Positions 1-9,930 are shown, counted from the first letter of the stretch. The stretch is DNA of 64,000 bases from Acidimicrobiia bacterium (GCA_015488325.1 WFOA01000028.1:38309-102308); one strand, 5' to 3'. Numbers and translations are program-made. The notes: generated from the letters alone by a model not told the origin.

Positions 1-157
1 AGTCGTCGACCAGGGCCGAGGTTTCGACCCGGCGACGGTGGAGCGGGGCATGGGTCTCGACAACCTGTGGGCCCGGGCGTCGGAGATCGGCGGCGAGGTC
101 CGCATCGACTCGTCCCCTGGTGAGGGAACCCGGGTGACGATCCGGGTTCCCGGCTGA
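1..157 (+). CDS. sensor histidine kinase, C-terminal fragment (HATPase_c); 5' end lies outside the window
   Basis: Frame starting at nt 2 is open to a TGA at 155-157 and reads ...GRGFDPATVERGMGLDNLWARASEIGGEVRIDSSPGEGTRVTIRVPG*. This is a typical G2-box/C-terminus of NarL-partner type kinases. Confidence 0.5.
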   Translation, partial: VVDQGRGFDPATVERGMGLDNLWARASEIGGEVRIDSSPGEGTRVTIRVPG

Positions 158-159
158 AC

Positions 160-606
160 TCATCCGTTCCGCAGCGCCTCGGCGAGACGCTCCATCAGGT
201 TCCGCACGGTGATCTCCGCGACACGGTGGAGGGCGGCCCGGTCGAGGATCTTGCCGATGGGCGCGAGGGGCGGCTGGTATCGGCCTTGGAACCGCACGTG
301 GGTCGAGTTGGGACCCATCGGGGAGAGCACCAGCTCGGCCTCCATCGTCGGGAACAGCCGGGTGGACCCCACCGCCTTCCAGGTCATCGGGACGGTCACC
401 GAATTCGTCGCTCTGATCGGTTCACCGATCTCCAGCTCCACGCGCTTGCTGAGCGGACCCGGGGCCAGTCCGACGGCGAGCCCGGTCTCTTCGCCCCGGT
501 GGTAGGCAGCCTCGGCCCACACCCCGAGGTCGTCGTGGCTCGCCGCCACCCTCGACTCGACCTCCTCCAGCGGCAGGTCCACCTCGAAGAAGTACTGGAC
601 GAGCAT
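160..606 (-). CDS. SRPBCC (polyketide cyclase/dehydrase-like) family protein
   Basis: Track ORF 160..861, with the likely start at the internal Met (MLVQYFFEVDLPLEEV...), giving 148 aa. Bet v1-like fold signature. The start abuts the stop of the upstream gene (609). Confidence 0.6.
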   Translation of the reverse strand: MLVQYFFEVDLPLEEVESRVAASHDDLGVWAEAAYHRGEETGLAVGLAPGPLSKRVELEIGEPIRATNSVTVPMTWKAVGSTRLFPTMEAELVLSPMGPNSTHVRFQGRYQPPLAPIGKILDRAALHRVAEITVRNLMERLAEALRNG

Positions 607-608
607 GG

Positions 609-1079
609 TCAGAACCTCGGCGGTCGGATCGGCGATCCCGAACGCATCCCGGTGATCGTATCCAGTTCTACGGCGACGACGTGGGGAAAGGCGGGGAGAG
701 GTTGCAGTCCCGCGAAACCCAGCGGGTCGCCGATCAGCCGCCGGTATTTCGCCAACAGCAACTCGACGGTCTCGGTGATGACGTCCTCGGCGGTGACCTC
801 CCGGGCTGCACCCCAGGCGACCGCGCTCATCCAGTCCCCCGATTCGGTCTCGACCTGGCACGCCTCCACGCAGACCCGGGGATGGACACGGAGGGCGTCG
901 AGGCGGCGCCCCGGCCCCGTCCGGAACCGGACTTCCCGGCCGACGACGACGAACGACACGGCGGTGACGTAGGGCTCGCCATCGGAGATCACCCCGATGT
1001 GTGCGACCGGCGCCGAAGCGAGGAAACGGATCGTCTCGTATTCGGGCACCGGATGCATCGCCACCTCGCGGACCGTCAA
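609..1079 (-). CDS. PPOX-class split-barrel (pyridoxamine 5'-phosphate oxidase / NimA-like) flavin- or F420-binding protein
   Basis: 156 aa, MTVREVAMHPVPEYETIRFLASAPVAHIGVISDGEPYVTAVSF... Its 3' end is 2 nt from the next gene, and its start overlaps the stop of the upstream SRPBCC gene by 4 nt. Confidence 0.55.
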   Translation of the reverse strand: MTVREVAMHPVPEYETIRFLASAPVAHIGVISDGEPYVTAVSFVVVGREVRFRTGPGRRLDALRVHPRVCVEACQVETESGDWMSAVAWGAAREVTAEDVITETVELLLAKYRRLIGDPLGFAGLQPLPAFPHVVAVELDTITGMRSGSPIRPPRF

Positions 1080-1552
1080 CGCCTCACCTCGCTCGTCGCG
1101 GCCCGAACCTCGGCTGCGCGGCGAAGTCGCTCCACCACCCGCCGGAAATACCGGGAGATCGACGCTTCGGCGACCCGGTACAACAACACGTGATCCAACA
1201 GCTCCCCCAGAAAGCCCGCCGGCGGGTCGTAACGTCCTTCCAGCGCCACCTCGACGCCGTCCCGTGTGGGGGTGAGCTCCAACTCGGCGTCGAGGAGAGG
1301 GAACGCACGGTCGCCGCCGGAGGCGTGCACCTTCACGGCGACGGCTGCGACCCGCACCGGACGGTCGATCACCTCCACCTCACCTACCTCCACCTCGACC
1401 TCTTCGGAGACGACGAAACCGAAGGCCTCCACACCGAACCGCTCGGACTCATCGGCACCGGGACCGAGTACCGCCGCCGGGTCGTGGGCGAGCGCCACCG
1501 CCGCGGCCCGGAACGGGACGGGGAGCTCGGCGGTGAGCTGGAACTTTCCCAT
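1076..1552 (-). CDS. SRPBCC family protein
   Basis: 158 aa, MGKFQLTAELPVPFRAAAVALAHDPAAVLG... First gene of a 3-gene minus-strand operon with 4-nt overlaps. Confidence 0.6.
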   Translation of the reverse strand: MGKFQLTAELPVPFRAAAVALAHDPAAVLGPGADESERFGVEAFGFVVSEEVEVEVGEVEVIDRPVRVAAVAVKVHASGGDRAFPLLDAELELTPTRDGVEVALEGRYDPPAGFLGELLDHVLLYRVAEASISRYFRRVVERLRRAAEVRAATSEVRR

Positions 1553-1558
1553 GGGACG

Positions 1559-1933
1559 TCACCCCTCGGACCCCAACGCCCACAACACGTCCTTGATGCT
1601 GACGATCCCGATGAGCTCGCCGTCGTCGACGACCGGCAGATGCCGATACCCGGTCGCCATGAGCCATTCGGCGGCGTCCGCCACCTCCAGGTCCGGCCCG
1701 ACACAGTCGGGCTCAGGGGTCATCCACTCGCCGACGGTCTGGAGGTCCAGATCGGCGCCCTCGGCAACGGCCCGCAGGACGTCGCGTTCGGACAGGATCC
1801 CGACGAGCGCGCCCCGGTCCACCACCCCCAACGAGCCGATGCCTTCCGACATCATCACCGCGGCGGCTTCCCGCAGGCTCAGGTCCGGTCCGCACACGGC
1901 GGCGCTGCCACTCACCAGATTCCGAATCTCCAT
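1559..1933 (-). CDS. CBS-domain pair protein
   Basis: 124 aa with two CBS repeats (…GIVSERDVLRAV… / …GIVSIKDVLWAL…). 6 nt upstream of the SRPBCC operon. Confidence 0.75.
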   Translation of the reverse strand: MEIRNLVSGSAAVCGPDLSLREAAAVMMSEGIGSLGVVDRGALVGILSERDVLRAVAEGADLDLQTVGEWMTPEPDCVGPDLEVADAAEWLMATGYRHLPVVDDGELIGIVSIKDVLWALGSEG

Positions 1934-2028
1934 CCCGTCGCTCCTCGTCTCGATGGCTCAATGCTCGCGGGAACCGGACTTTGCGCATACTCGCGAACGT
2001 CCCTATCGATGGGACCTTCGGCCCCCCC

Positions 2029-3273
2029 TCACCACACGAACGTCCAGACGAGGGTCGCCACGGACACCGCGCCGAGCACGGCTCCGACCATACCGGCGTG
2101 CCGCCGAGTGCCCAGCACCGAAGCCAACCCTGCCTTGACGAACCCGTTGACGGTGACGGCGGCGAGCACCGCACGGCCCGCTTCGGTGACCTCCACCCCG
2201 TCGTTCACCAGGTTCGCCGCCGTCAACGTGATGGCGTCGACGTCGGTGATCCCCGAAACGGCTCCGAGGATGACGAGGGAGCCGGTGGAGGCGTTCTCGA
2301 CGAGGAACCGTCCGAGGAAGACGACGACGCCGTAGAGGAGCCCGAACTGGAGCGCCACCGGCAACGTCACCGGGTTCTGCAGGGTGAGCCCGGACTCGTC
2401 GCCGTCGTCGGTGTGCCGCCCACTCCGATACACGAGGTAGGCGGCGCCTTCCACCACCGCCAGCATGACCAGCATCGGCACCGCCAGACGAACCGCCAGC
2501 GGAGGCGACACGACGGCGGCTTCGACCAGCACCCGCCCGAACATGAGGCCCGAGGCGGCCAACACCCCGGCGACGAGCACGTTGGTGAGCTCGCGGCGCC
2601 GCCGGGTCATCCGGGCGAACGACATGGTGACCGCCGTCGACGAGATGAGCCCGCCGAGCAGCCCGGTCAAGCCCAGGCCCCTCGACCCGAGCAGGCGGAG
2701 CGCCACATACCCGGCGAAACCGATCGCCGAGACCAGCACGACCATCAGCCAGATCTCACGGGGGTTGACCGCCTGCAGCGGCCCCAGACCCCGGTCGGGC
2801 GCCAACGACAAGATGACGGCGGTCACCACCCCGAACTGGAGCGCCGCCGCCACGTCCTCACGTTCGAAACGCCCGGTGACGCTACGGAGCGCCTCCTTGG
2901 ACCGCAGCAGCACAGCGGCTCCGATCGCCAGGGCGGCCGCCGCCTCGTAGGTTTCACGCCCCGCGAGGACACCGACGAAGAACGTGGCGAGGGCTGCCAT
3001 CTCGGTGGTGGTGCCCACGTCCCCCGTCTTGGTGGTGAGCGCCAGATAGGAGGCGACGACGATCCCGCCGAACACCACCAACGCGGCGACGAATCCGCCC
3101 GGCCCCACCCATTCCCCCAGGGCGTGGGCCGCCACACCCCAGATGCCGATCAGGGCGAAGGTGCGCGCCCCCGCATAGGCCTCCCCCACCCGGACGTGGA
3201 GTTGACGTTCCAGGCCGACGACGAATCCCAGGCCGGCACCGACGAGGAGACGCAGGATGAGGGTTTCGGACAT
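2029..3273 (-). CDS. MgtC/SapB family membrane protein with C-terminal DUF4010 domain
   Basis: 414 aa and highly hydrophobic. N-terminus MSETLILRLLVGAGLGFVVGLERQ is the MgtC signature. Confidence 0.75.
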   Translation of the reverse strand: MSETLILRLLVGAGLGFVVGLERQLHVRVGEAYAGARTFALIGIWGVAAHALGEWVGPGGFVAALVVFGGIVVASYLALTTKTGDVGTTTEMAALATFFVGVLAGRETYEAAAALAIGAAVLLRSKEALRSVTGRFEREDVAAALQFGVVTAVILSLAPDRGLGPLQAVNPREIWLMVVLVSAIGFAGYVALRLLGSRGLGLTGLLGGLISSTAVTMSFARMTRRRRELTNVLVAGVLAASGLMFGRVLVEAAVVSPPLAVRLAVPMLVMLAVVEGAAYLVYRSGRHTDDGDESGLTLQNPVTLPVALQFGLLYGVVVFLGRFLVENASTGSLVILGAVSGITDVDAITLTAANLVNDGVEVTEAGRAVLAAVTVNGFVKAGLASVLGTRRHAGMVGAVLGAVSVATLVWTFVW

Positions 3274-3412
3274 CGTTTCCCTCGGAAGGCTGCTTCAACG
3301 CTACCGGCGGTTCGACCGGGCCGAGAGCAGACGTTCGGCAGGTGAGCCAGGGTCTTATGGCCGTAGTGGGATCGCCGTCGATTCCTCAGGCTGGGCCCCG
3401 AAGGAGGCGAGC

Positions 3413-3841
3413 GTGATCGTCGTCGTCGGGGTCGATGGTTCGGAGCATGCAGTCGCCGTAGTGCGCCGCGCCGTCGCCGAAGCCGAAGCCTGGCAGGCAG
3501 AGCTCCACGTGGTGCACGTCTTCCACGCTCCGGTCTTGCCCTACATGGGGACACCGATCGACCTCGGCGCCCTCGCAGAGGCGGAACGAGACGACGTGTG
3601 GGCTCGGGTCGAGCCCGAACTCCGCCACGTCGAGTTCCGTCGTGTCGACCTCGAAGGCTATCCGCCGGACACGTTGGTGGACTACGTCCGCAACGTCGGC
3701 GCCGACCTCCTGGTCGTCGGATCACGCGGGCGCGGTGAGCTCGCTGCTCTCATCCTCGGCAGCACCTCTCACCGGGCGATCCACCTCGCCCCCTGTGATG
3801 TGCTGGTGGTGAAACCGTCGCACGCAAACCCCGTCTCCTGA
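3413..3841 (+). CDS. universal stress protein (UspA family)
   Basis: GTG start preceded by AAGGAGG. VIVVVGVDGSEHAVAVVRRA...GSRGRGELAALILGSTSHRAIHLAPCDVLVV matches the Usp ATP-binding signature. Confidence 0.8.
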   Translation: MIVVVGVDGSEHAVAVVRRAVAEAEAWQAELHVVHVFHAPVLPYMGTPIDLGALAEAERDDVWARVEPELRHVEFRRVDLEGYPPDTLVDYVRNVGADLLVVGSRGRGELAALILGSTSHRAIHLAPCDVLVVKPSHANPVS

Positions 3842-3932
3842 GCACCACCAGCAGGTGGGGGAGCGGCCGAGCCGCTCCCCCACCCCTCTCTTCGTTGGCA
3901 TACACCCCGAGAACACACCAACATCACACCGG

Positions 3933-4358
3933 ATGACGGAGTCCACACAGGGATCCACCGACCGCTTCGGCCTCGAAGTCCTCCCTCCGGAGGAATGCGA
4001 CCGCCTCCTCGCCAGAGGGACGATCGGACGGATCGCCTTCGTCGCCGCCGGGGAACCGGTCATCGTGCCGGTGAACTACCGCTACCACCGGGGAGCGATC
4101 GTGTTGCGTACCGCCCAGGGCGAGAAGCTTGACGCCGCCGGGCTGGCGGCACCCTGCGCCTTCGAGATCGACCACTGGGACGAGACGACACGCCAGGGTT
4201 GGTCGGTGCTCGTCAAAGGCACGATGGAGGAGGTCTACCGGCCCGACGAGGTCGCCGAGCTCGAAACCCTCGGTGTGCGGCCCTGGTCGAATCCGGCGGC
4301 CCGGCACATTTGGATCAGGATCAGACCCGACGAGATCAGCGGACGGCGGCTGCGTTGA
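3933..4358 (+). CDS. PPOX-class (pyridoxamine 5'-phosphate oxidase family) probable F420-dependent oxidoreductase
   Basis: Internal Met of track ORF 3855..4358. MTESTQGSTDRFGLEVLPPEECDRLLARGTIGRIAFVAAGEPVIVPVNYRY... Confidence 0.7.
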   Translation: MTESTQGSTDRFGLEVLPPEECDRLLARGTIGRIAFVAAGEPVIVPVNYRYHRGAIVLRTAQGEKLDAAGLAAPCAFEIDHWDETTRQGWSVLVKGTMEEVYRPDEVAELETLGVRPWSNPAARHIWIRIRPDEISGRRLR

Positions 4359-4404
4359 GGGGACGCCGGGGCGTCTACCCTCCCGGCCGGAGGGAGGAGC
4401 ACAG

Positions 4405-7044
4405 ATGACCCAGTACGTGTACGCATTCGCCGACGCCGACGGATCCGACCGGGACCGTTTCGGCGGCAAAGGAGCCGGACTGGCGGAGATGACCCGCATC
4501 GGCCTCCGGGTACCCCCCGGGTTCATCGTCACGACCGAAGCGTGCCGCCACACGATCCGTGAAGGGACCGTCCCCGACGACCTCTGGGACCAGGTCGACG
4601 ACGCCCTCGCACGCCTGGAGAAAGAGACCGACAGGACCTTCGGAGGGGGACCCGCGCCGCTGTTGGTGTCGGTGCGTTCGGGGGCCAAGTTCTCGATGCC
4701 CGGCATGATGGACACGGTGCTCAACCTCGGCCTCAACGACGACCTGGTCGCCGTCGCCGCCGAATGGGCCGACGATCCCCATTTCGCCTGGGACGTGTAC
4801 CGACGCTTCCTCCAGATGTACGGCCACGTCGTCCTCGACGTACCGTCCACTCCCTTCGAGACGGTCCTCGCCGAGCTCCGCCGGCGGCGCGGTGTCCCCG
4901 ACGACAGCCGACTCACCGCCGACGACCTGGCCGAAGCGGCCAGGCGTTTCCACGACATCATCCGGGAGACCACCGGCGAGGACGTCCCCGAAGACCCCCG
5001 GACACAGCTCCGGGAGGCGATCACCGCCGTCTTCGACTCGTGGAACAACGACCGGGCCCGCCGGTACCGGAAGCTGAACGGCATCCCCGACGATCTCGGC
5101 ACGGCCGCCAACGTCCAGATGATGGTGTTCGGGGATCTCGGGGAGGACTCGGGTACCGGAGTCTGTTTCACCCGCAACCCGTCGACCGGCGAACCCGTCC
5201 CCTTCGGCGACTACCTCCCCAACGCCCAAGGCGAAGACGTGGTCGCCGGCATCCGCAACACCCTCACCCTCGACGACCTCGCCCGTCTCCACCCCGAGCT
5301 CCACACCGAGCTGCTCTCGGTGATGCAGACCTTGGAGCGCCACTACCGGGACATGTGCGACATCGAGTTCACGATCGAACGGGGGACGCTGTGGATCCTG
5401 CAGACCAGGGTCGGCAAACGCACGGCGGCCGCGGCGGTGCGGATCGCGGTGGACATGGCCGCCGAAGGGCTCATCGAGCCCGAAGAGGCGGTGATGCGGG
5501 TCGAACCGGCGACGCTGGAGCAGCTCGAGCGTCCCCGCATCGACGACCAGACCGCCCCCGAACCCCTCGTCGTCGGCGTGGGAGCCTCCCCCGGCGCCGC
5601 CCAGGGGGAGGCCATCTTCGACGCCGACCGTGCCGAAGCCGCCGCGGCGGAGGGTCGGCGGGTGATCCTCGTCCGGCCGGAGACGACCCCCGACGACATC
5701 GGCGGGATGGCGGCAGCCGAAGGGATCCTCACCTCCCAGGGAGGCAAGACCTCCCATGCCGCCGTCGTCGCCCGAGGTATGGGGAAGCCGGCCGTGACCG
5801 GCGCAGCGGAGATGAAGGTGCATCTGGAGGCGAAGGTCGCCCGGGTCGGTCGGGTCACGATCGCCGAGGGTGATCCGATCACCATCGACGGCACCACCGG
5901 GCGGGTGTTCCTCGGCCTGCTGCCCCTGGTCGAGCCGACCGAGACCCCCGAACTGGAGAAGCTGCTGAGCTGGGCGGACGGGTTCCGCACGATGGGGGTG
6001 CGGGCCAACGCCGACCTGCCCGAAGACGCCGCCTCCGCCCGCCGTGCCGGTGCCGAAGGCATCGGCTTGGCCCGGACCGAGCACATGTTCCTCGGGGAGC
6101 GCCTCCAAACCGTCCAGGACATCATCCTCGCCGAAGACGACGACCGCCGGCGGGCAGGACTCGAGGAGCTGCGAGCCGCCCAGGTCGACGACTTCGAAGG
6201 CCTCTTGGAGGCGATGGACGGGCTGCCGGTGATCGTGCGCCTCCTCGACCCGCCGTTGCACGAGTTCCTCCCCTCCCGCCTCGAGATCGAACGACGGATG
6301 GTCGAACTGGCCAAGGCGGGGAAGTCCACGACGGAGCTCGAACAGCTCGAACGGGCGGTCGCCAAATGGGCCGAGGACAACCCGATGCTGGGGCTGCGGG
6401 GCGTCCGCCTCGGCCTCATGGTCCACGACCTGTACCGGATCCAGGTAGAGGCGGCCATGGAGGCGGTGATCCGACGCCTCGACGCCGGAGGCGACCCCCG
6501 TCTGGAGATCATGATCCCCCTGGTCGCCACCGCCGAGGAGCTGCGGCGGATGAAGACGATGGTGGACGAGGTGGTGGCGCTCGCCTCGGAGCGGGCGGGT
6601 CGGGACCTCCACGTGCCCGTCGGGACGATGATCGAGCTGCCTCGTGCCGCCCTCACCGCCGCCGAGATCGCCGAGGTGGCGGAGTTCTTCTCCTTCGGCA
6701 CCAACGACCTCACCCAGATGACCTTCGGCCTGTCCCGGGACGACGCCGAAGGCCTGTTCCTGCGGGACTACCTGGAACGGGGAATCCTCCGCTTCGACCC
6801 CTTCAACACGATCGACGTGGCCGGGGTGGGACGCCTGGTCCGGATCGCCGTCGAGGAGGGCCGCCGCGCCAATCCGGACCTCCAGGTGGGGGTCTGCGGG
6901 GAACACGGCGGGGACCCCGACTCGATCCGTTTCTTCCAGGAGGTGGGGATCGACTACGTGTCCTGTTCGCCGCCGCGGGTGCACGTGGCCCGCCTGGCAG
7001 CCGCCCAGACCGCCCTCGCCGCCCGCTCCGTCACCTCCGACTGA
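4405..7044 (+). CDS. ppdK: pyruvate, phosphate dikinase
   Basis: 880 aa from MTQYVYAF with GGAGG upstream. Motifs GGKGAGLAEM and the phospho-His site GGKTSHAAVVARGMG are present, plus a PEP-utilising C-terminal domain. Confidence 0.9.
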   Translation: MTQYVYAFADADGSDRDRFGGKGAGLAEMTRIGLRVPPGFIVTTEACRHTIREGTVPDDLWDQVDDALARLEKETDRTFGGGPAPLLVSVRSGAKFSMPGMMDTVLNLGLNDDLVAVAAEWADDPHFAWDVYRRFLQMYGHVVLDVPSTPFETVLAELRRRRGVPDDSRLTADDLAEAARRFHDIIRETTGEDVPEDPRTQLREAITAVFDSWNNDRARRYRKLNGIPDDLGTAANVQMMVFGDLGEDSGTGVCFTRNPSTGEPVPFGDYLPNAQGEDVVAGIRNTLTLDDLARLHPELHTELLSVMQTLERHYRDMCDIEFTIERGTLWILQTRVGKRTAAAAVRIAVDMAAEGLIEPEEAVMRVEPATLEQLERPRIDDQTAPEPLVVGVGASPGAAQGEAIFDADRAEAAAAEGRRVILVRPETTPDDIGGMAAAEGILTSQGGKTSHAAVVARGMGKPAVTGAAEMKVHLEAKVARVGRVTIAEGDPITIDGTTGRVFLGLLPLVEPTETPELEKLLSWADGFRTMGVRANADLPEDAASARRAGAEGIGLARTEHMFLGERLQTVQDIILAEDDDRRRAGLEELRAAQVDDFEGLLEAMDGLPVIVRLLDPPLHEFLPSRLEIERRMVELAKAGKSTTELEQLERAVAKWAEDNPMLGLRGVRLGLMVHDLYRIQVEAAMEAVIRRLDAGGDPRLEIMIPLVATAEELRRMKTMVDEVVALASERAGRDLHVPVGTMIELPRAALTAAEIAEVAEFFSFGTNDLTQMTFGLSRDDAEGLFLRDYLERGILRFDPFNTIDVAGVGRLVRIAVEEGRRANPDLQVGVCGEHGGDPDSIRFFQEVGIDYVSCSPPRVHVARLAAAQTALAARSVTSD

Positions 7045-7957
7045 CGAGGATCCGTTCCGCCGCCGTCCACGGGTCCAACAGACGACGTTCGACGGCCGAC
7101 AGCAGCTCGTCGCCGTCGGGATGGTCGTCGATCCGGGCCACCAGGGCTTCGTGGAGCGCCCGACGGACCTCGGCTCGGAGGTTGCGGCGCCGACGGCGCT
7201 CCAGCTCGCCGTCGGCCTCGGCCGCCTCCCACCGATCCCACACCACGGAGAAGGCTTCCTCCACTCCCGTCCCGTCGACCGCCGACGTGGTGACGACGGG
7301 ACGGTGGGCGCCTCCCAGCGCCAGCATCTCCTCCAGGTCGGCGACGGCGGCGTCTACGCCGGGCCGGTCGGCCTTGTTCACGACGTAGACGTCGCCCACC
7401 TCCAGCACACCCGCCTTGTTGGCCTGCACCGAGTCACCCCAGCCGGGGGTGACGACGACGACGACCAGGTCGGTGGCCGACGCCACCTCGACCTCCGCCT
7501 GGCCGACCCCGACCGTCTCGACGAAGACCACGTCGAAACCGGCGGCGTCGACGATGCTGACCGCACGGGGGGTGGTGGCCGCCAGTCCGCCGAGATGCCC
7601 CCGGTTCGACATGGAACGGATGAACACGCCCCGGTCGCCTGCGTGATCCTGCATCCTGATGCGATCCCCGAGGATCGCCCCGCCGGTGAACGGGCTGGAC
7701 GGGTCGACGGCCACGACGGCGACGGAGCGGCCGTCGGCGCGGAGCCGGGCGATGAAGGCGTCGGTGAGGCTGCTCTTCCCGGCGCCGGGAGCTCCGGTGA
7801 TCCCCACCACCCGGGCCCGGCCGGTGTGGGGAAAGAGCCGGGCCAACAGCACGTCCCAGCCCGCCACCCGATCCTCCACCCAGGACAACGCCCGGGCGAC
7901 GGCCCGTCGTTCGCCGGCGACGACGCCGGCGGCCAGTTCCTCGGGGTCAGCGAACAT
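7031..7957 (-). CDS. meaB: methylmalonyl-CoA mutase-associated GTPase MeaB/ArgK
   Basis: 308 aa with P-loop GITGAPGAGKSS and VVNKAD. The 3' end overlaps ppdK convergently by 14 nt. Confidence 0.85.
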   Translation of the reverse strand: MFADPEELAAGVVAGERRAVARALSWVEDRVAGWDVLLARLFPHTGRARVVGITGAPGAGKSSLTDAFIARLRADGRSVAVVAVDPSSPFTGGAILGDRIRMQDHAGDRGVFIRSMSNRGHLGGLAATTPRAVSIVDAAGFDVVFVETVGVGQAEVEVASATDLVVVVVTPGWGDSVQANKAGVLEVGDVYVVNKADRPGVDAAVADLEEMLALGGAHRPVVTTSAVDGTGVEEAFSVVWDRWEAAEADGELERRRRRNLRAEVRRALHEALVARIDDHPDGDELLSAVERRLLDPWTAAERILVSRR

Positions 7958-7996
7958 GCGGGCCGCAGGGTAGGCCCGAACGACCGCAGAGGCCGA

Positions 7997-8314
7997 TCAG
8001 GTCGCTTCGACGGCGACGACGCCGGGGACCCGGTCTTTGAGGATCCGTTCGATCCCGGCCTTCAGCGTCATCATCGACAGCGGACATCCGCCGCAGGCAC
8101 CCACCATCTGCAGGTTCACCACCCCGTCCTCGACGCCCAACAGCACGATGTCGCCGCCGTCCATCTGGATGGCGGGCCGGATGTAGTCGAGGGTCTCTCG
8201 GAGTTTGGCGAGGTCGACGGAGCCGTCGCTCGGCACCGTGGCCGCCGTCTCGGCGGTGGCGTCGTCGCCTGTGGAGGACCGGATGCTGACGGTGGTGAGG
8301 CGTTCTGAGCTCAT
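7997..8314 (-). CDS. NifU-like (Nfu) Fe-S cluster assembly domain protein
   Basis: 105 aa, ...LQMVGACGGCPLSMMTLKAGIERIL. Confidence 0.75.
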   Translation of the reverse strand: MSSERLTTVSIRSSTGDDATAETAATVPSDGSVDLAKLRETLDYIRPAIQMDGGDIVLLGVEDGVVNLQMVGACGGCPLSMMTLKAGIERILKDRVPGVVAVEAT

Positions 8315-8370
8315 GCGCCTTCGATGCTAACGGGGCTGGTTCTCTGGGCAGAACCGCCCCGAAGAACCCG

Positions 8371-9930
8371 CTATTCCCCGCCGGGGACGACGACCACCGC
8401 TTCGAGGTCGGTACCGCGTGGAGATCGAGATCGGACTTCGACCAGCACCGGGCCGGAGACCGGGCCGGTCGCCCTGAGGATGCGATCCCAAGAGATCTCG
8501 ACGATCCCCGGTGCCGTCACCTCCCATCCCGACAGCGACACCATCCGGGACGCGGTGACCACCCTCACCGACGTCTCCGCCCCCGCCCGGAGGTGCACCC
8601 TCACCGTCTCCGGGCCGGACGGCCCGACGACGACGTTCCCGCCGGAGAGGTCGGGGGGCAGACCCAGCCCGGGCGGCGGCACGACGAGGATGCCGGCCGG
8701 GTCGGCCCGGAACGTCCACGGTCCGAGCTCGTCGGCGACGAGCTCGGCCCCGTCCACCACCACCCTCACCGGACCTGCAGGTACTACGTCCACCTCGTCT
8801 TCGCCGATGGCGAGCCCCACTCGAACGGTGGCAGGTAGCCTCCCCCGGGTCGGCATCAGCCCGCCGTAGTAGTGGGCGAGGATCTGGGGGTAGTCGGCTC
8901 CCCGGACCGCCATCGCCTGGGCTCCGTACTGGCTCATCCCCACCAGATGCCCCCATCCTCGACCTTCGAAGACGAACACGGAGAAGGGTTCGAACCGTTC
9001 GGTCCCTTCGACCCATCGGTAGCGGGTCTCGGTGCTGATCGTGTACGACGGCGACATCACCGTCTGGGGGTAGCGTCGCCCGTCGGGGCGTCTCGCCGGC
9101 AGCACGTCGGGGAGCACCCGGGCTGCGGCCCGGTTGAGTCTCCCCCGGAGCTTCCACGTGCCGATCTCGGTGGTCTCGGCGTCGGAGACGATCTCGACCA
9201 TCCACGGCCCTTCGCCGTCGGGGGTGACCCGTGTCCGCACCGTCCGCAGCTCCCCATGGAGGAGGTCCGCCTCGGTGAGCAGCGCCGCCATCTGGTCGGC
9301 GTCCAGCTCGAAACGCCAGGTGACGAAGGGGGAGGACTCCCCGGGCGAGTCCACCGCCTGGAGGTAGGGCACGGCGGTCCCGAAAACGTCGGCTGCGGCC
9401 CGGGTACGGCCGCCGCTGGTGGAGCTGTAGACGGCCATCGCCGGTTTGCCTCCGTAGAGGAGGATCTCCCCTGCCGTCCGTTCCACGGCGGCCCTCCACC
9501 GGTCGCCGTAGGGACCTTCCACCCCGCCGATACCGGCGTAGACCTGGCAGGCCGAGGTGGCACAGATGTCGTACCCGTATCGGCGTCCGTTCGCCGACCG
9601 GCCGCGCTCCAACGTCCAGGCGAGATAGGTACGGGCAGCGACCGCCTGGGCGGCGAGCGCCTCCTCCTCCCACGAGAACGGCACCTCGCGGATGCCCAGG
9701 AGGTAGTCGTCGACGGTGGTCTCTTCGACCACCGCCAGCCCCGTATCCCTCCCCGTGATCTCGATCACCCCCGGATACCGCCGTCCTCGGATCTCGACGA
9801 CCGATTCGGGTTCGATCCGGACTTCGGAGGCGACGAAGGCCTCCGCAGACGTGTCCGTTGCGGCGACGGCCGGGACGGGGACCGCCACGAGCACCGCCGC
9901 CAGCGCCCCCACGGCCGCGATCTCACGCAC
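8371..9930 (-). CDS. SpoIID/LytB domain-containing protein (secreted peptidoglycan-remodelling factor)
   Basis: Track ORF 8371..10089. Start moved to the in-frame GTG (VREIAAVGALAAVLVAVPVPAVAA, a signal peptide), which overlaps the murA stop by 8 nt. Confidence 0.7.
   Translation of the reverse strand: MREIAAVGALAAVLVAVPVPAVAATDTSAEAFVASEVRIEPESVVEIRGRRYPGVIEITGRDTGLAVVEETTVDDYLLGIREVPFSWEEEALAAQAVAARTYLAWTLERGRSANGRRYGYDICATSACQVYAGIGGVEGPYGDRWRAAVERTAGEILLYGGKPAMAVYSSTSGGRTRAAADVFGTAVPYLQAVDSPGESSPFVTWRFELDADQMAALLTEADLLHGELRTVRTRVTPDGEGPWMVEIVSDAETTEIGTWKLRGRLNRAAARVLPDVLPARRPDGRRYPQTVMSPSYTISTETRYRWVEGTERFEPFSVFVFEGRGWGHLVGMSQYGAQAMAVRGADYPQILAHYYGGLMPTRGRLPATVRVGLAIGEDEVDVVPAGPVRVVVDGAELVADELGPWTFRADPAGILVVPPPGLGLPPDLSGGNVVVGPSGPETVRVHLRAGAETSVRVVTASRMVSLSGWEVTAPGIVEISWDRILRATGPVSGPVLVEVRSRSPRGTDLEAVVVVPGGE

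Noticed and set aside
4375-6984. 869-aa minus-strand ORF antisense to ppdK.
   Set aside because: It is Gly/Arg/Pro/Asp-rich low-complexity sequence with no motifs. It is the classic antisense open frame of a high-GC gene, and the plus strand encodes an unmistakable PPDK.
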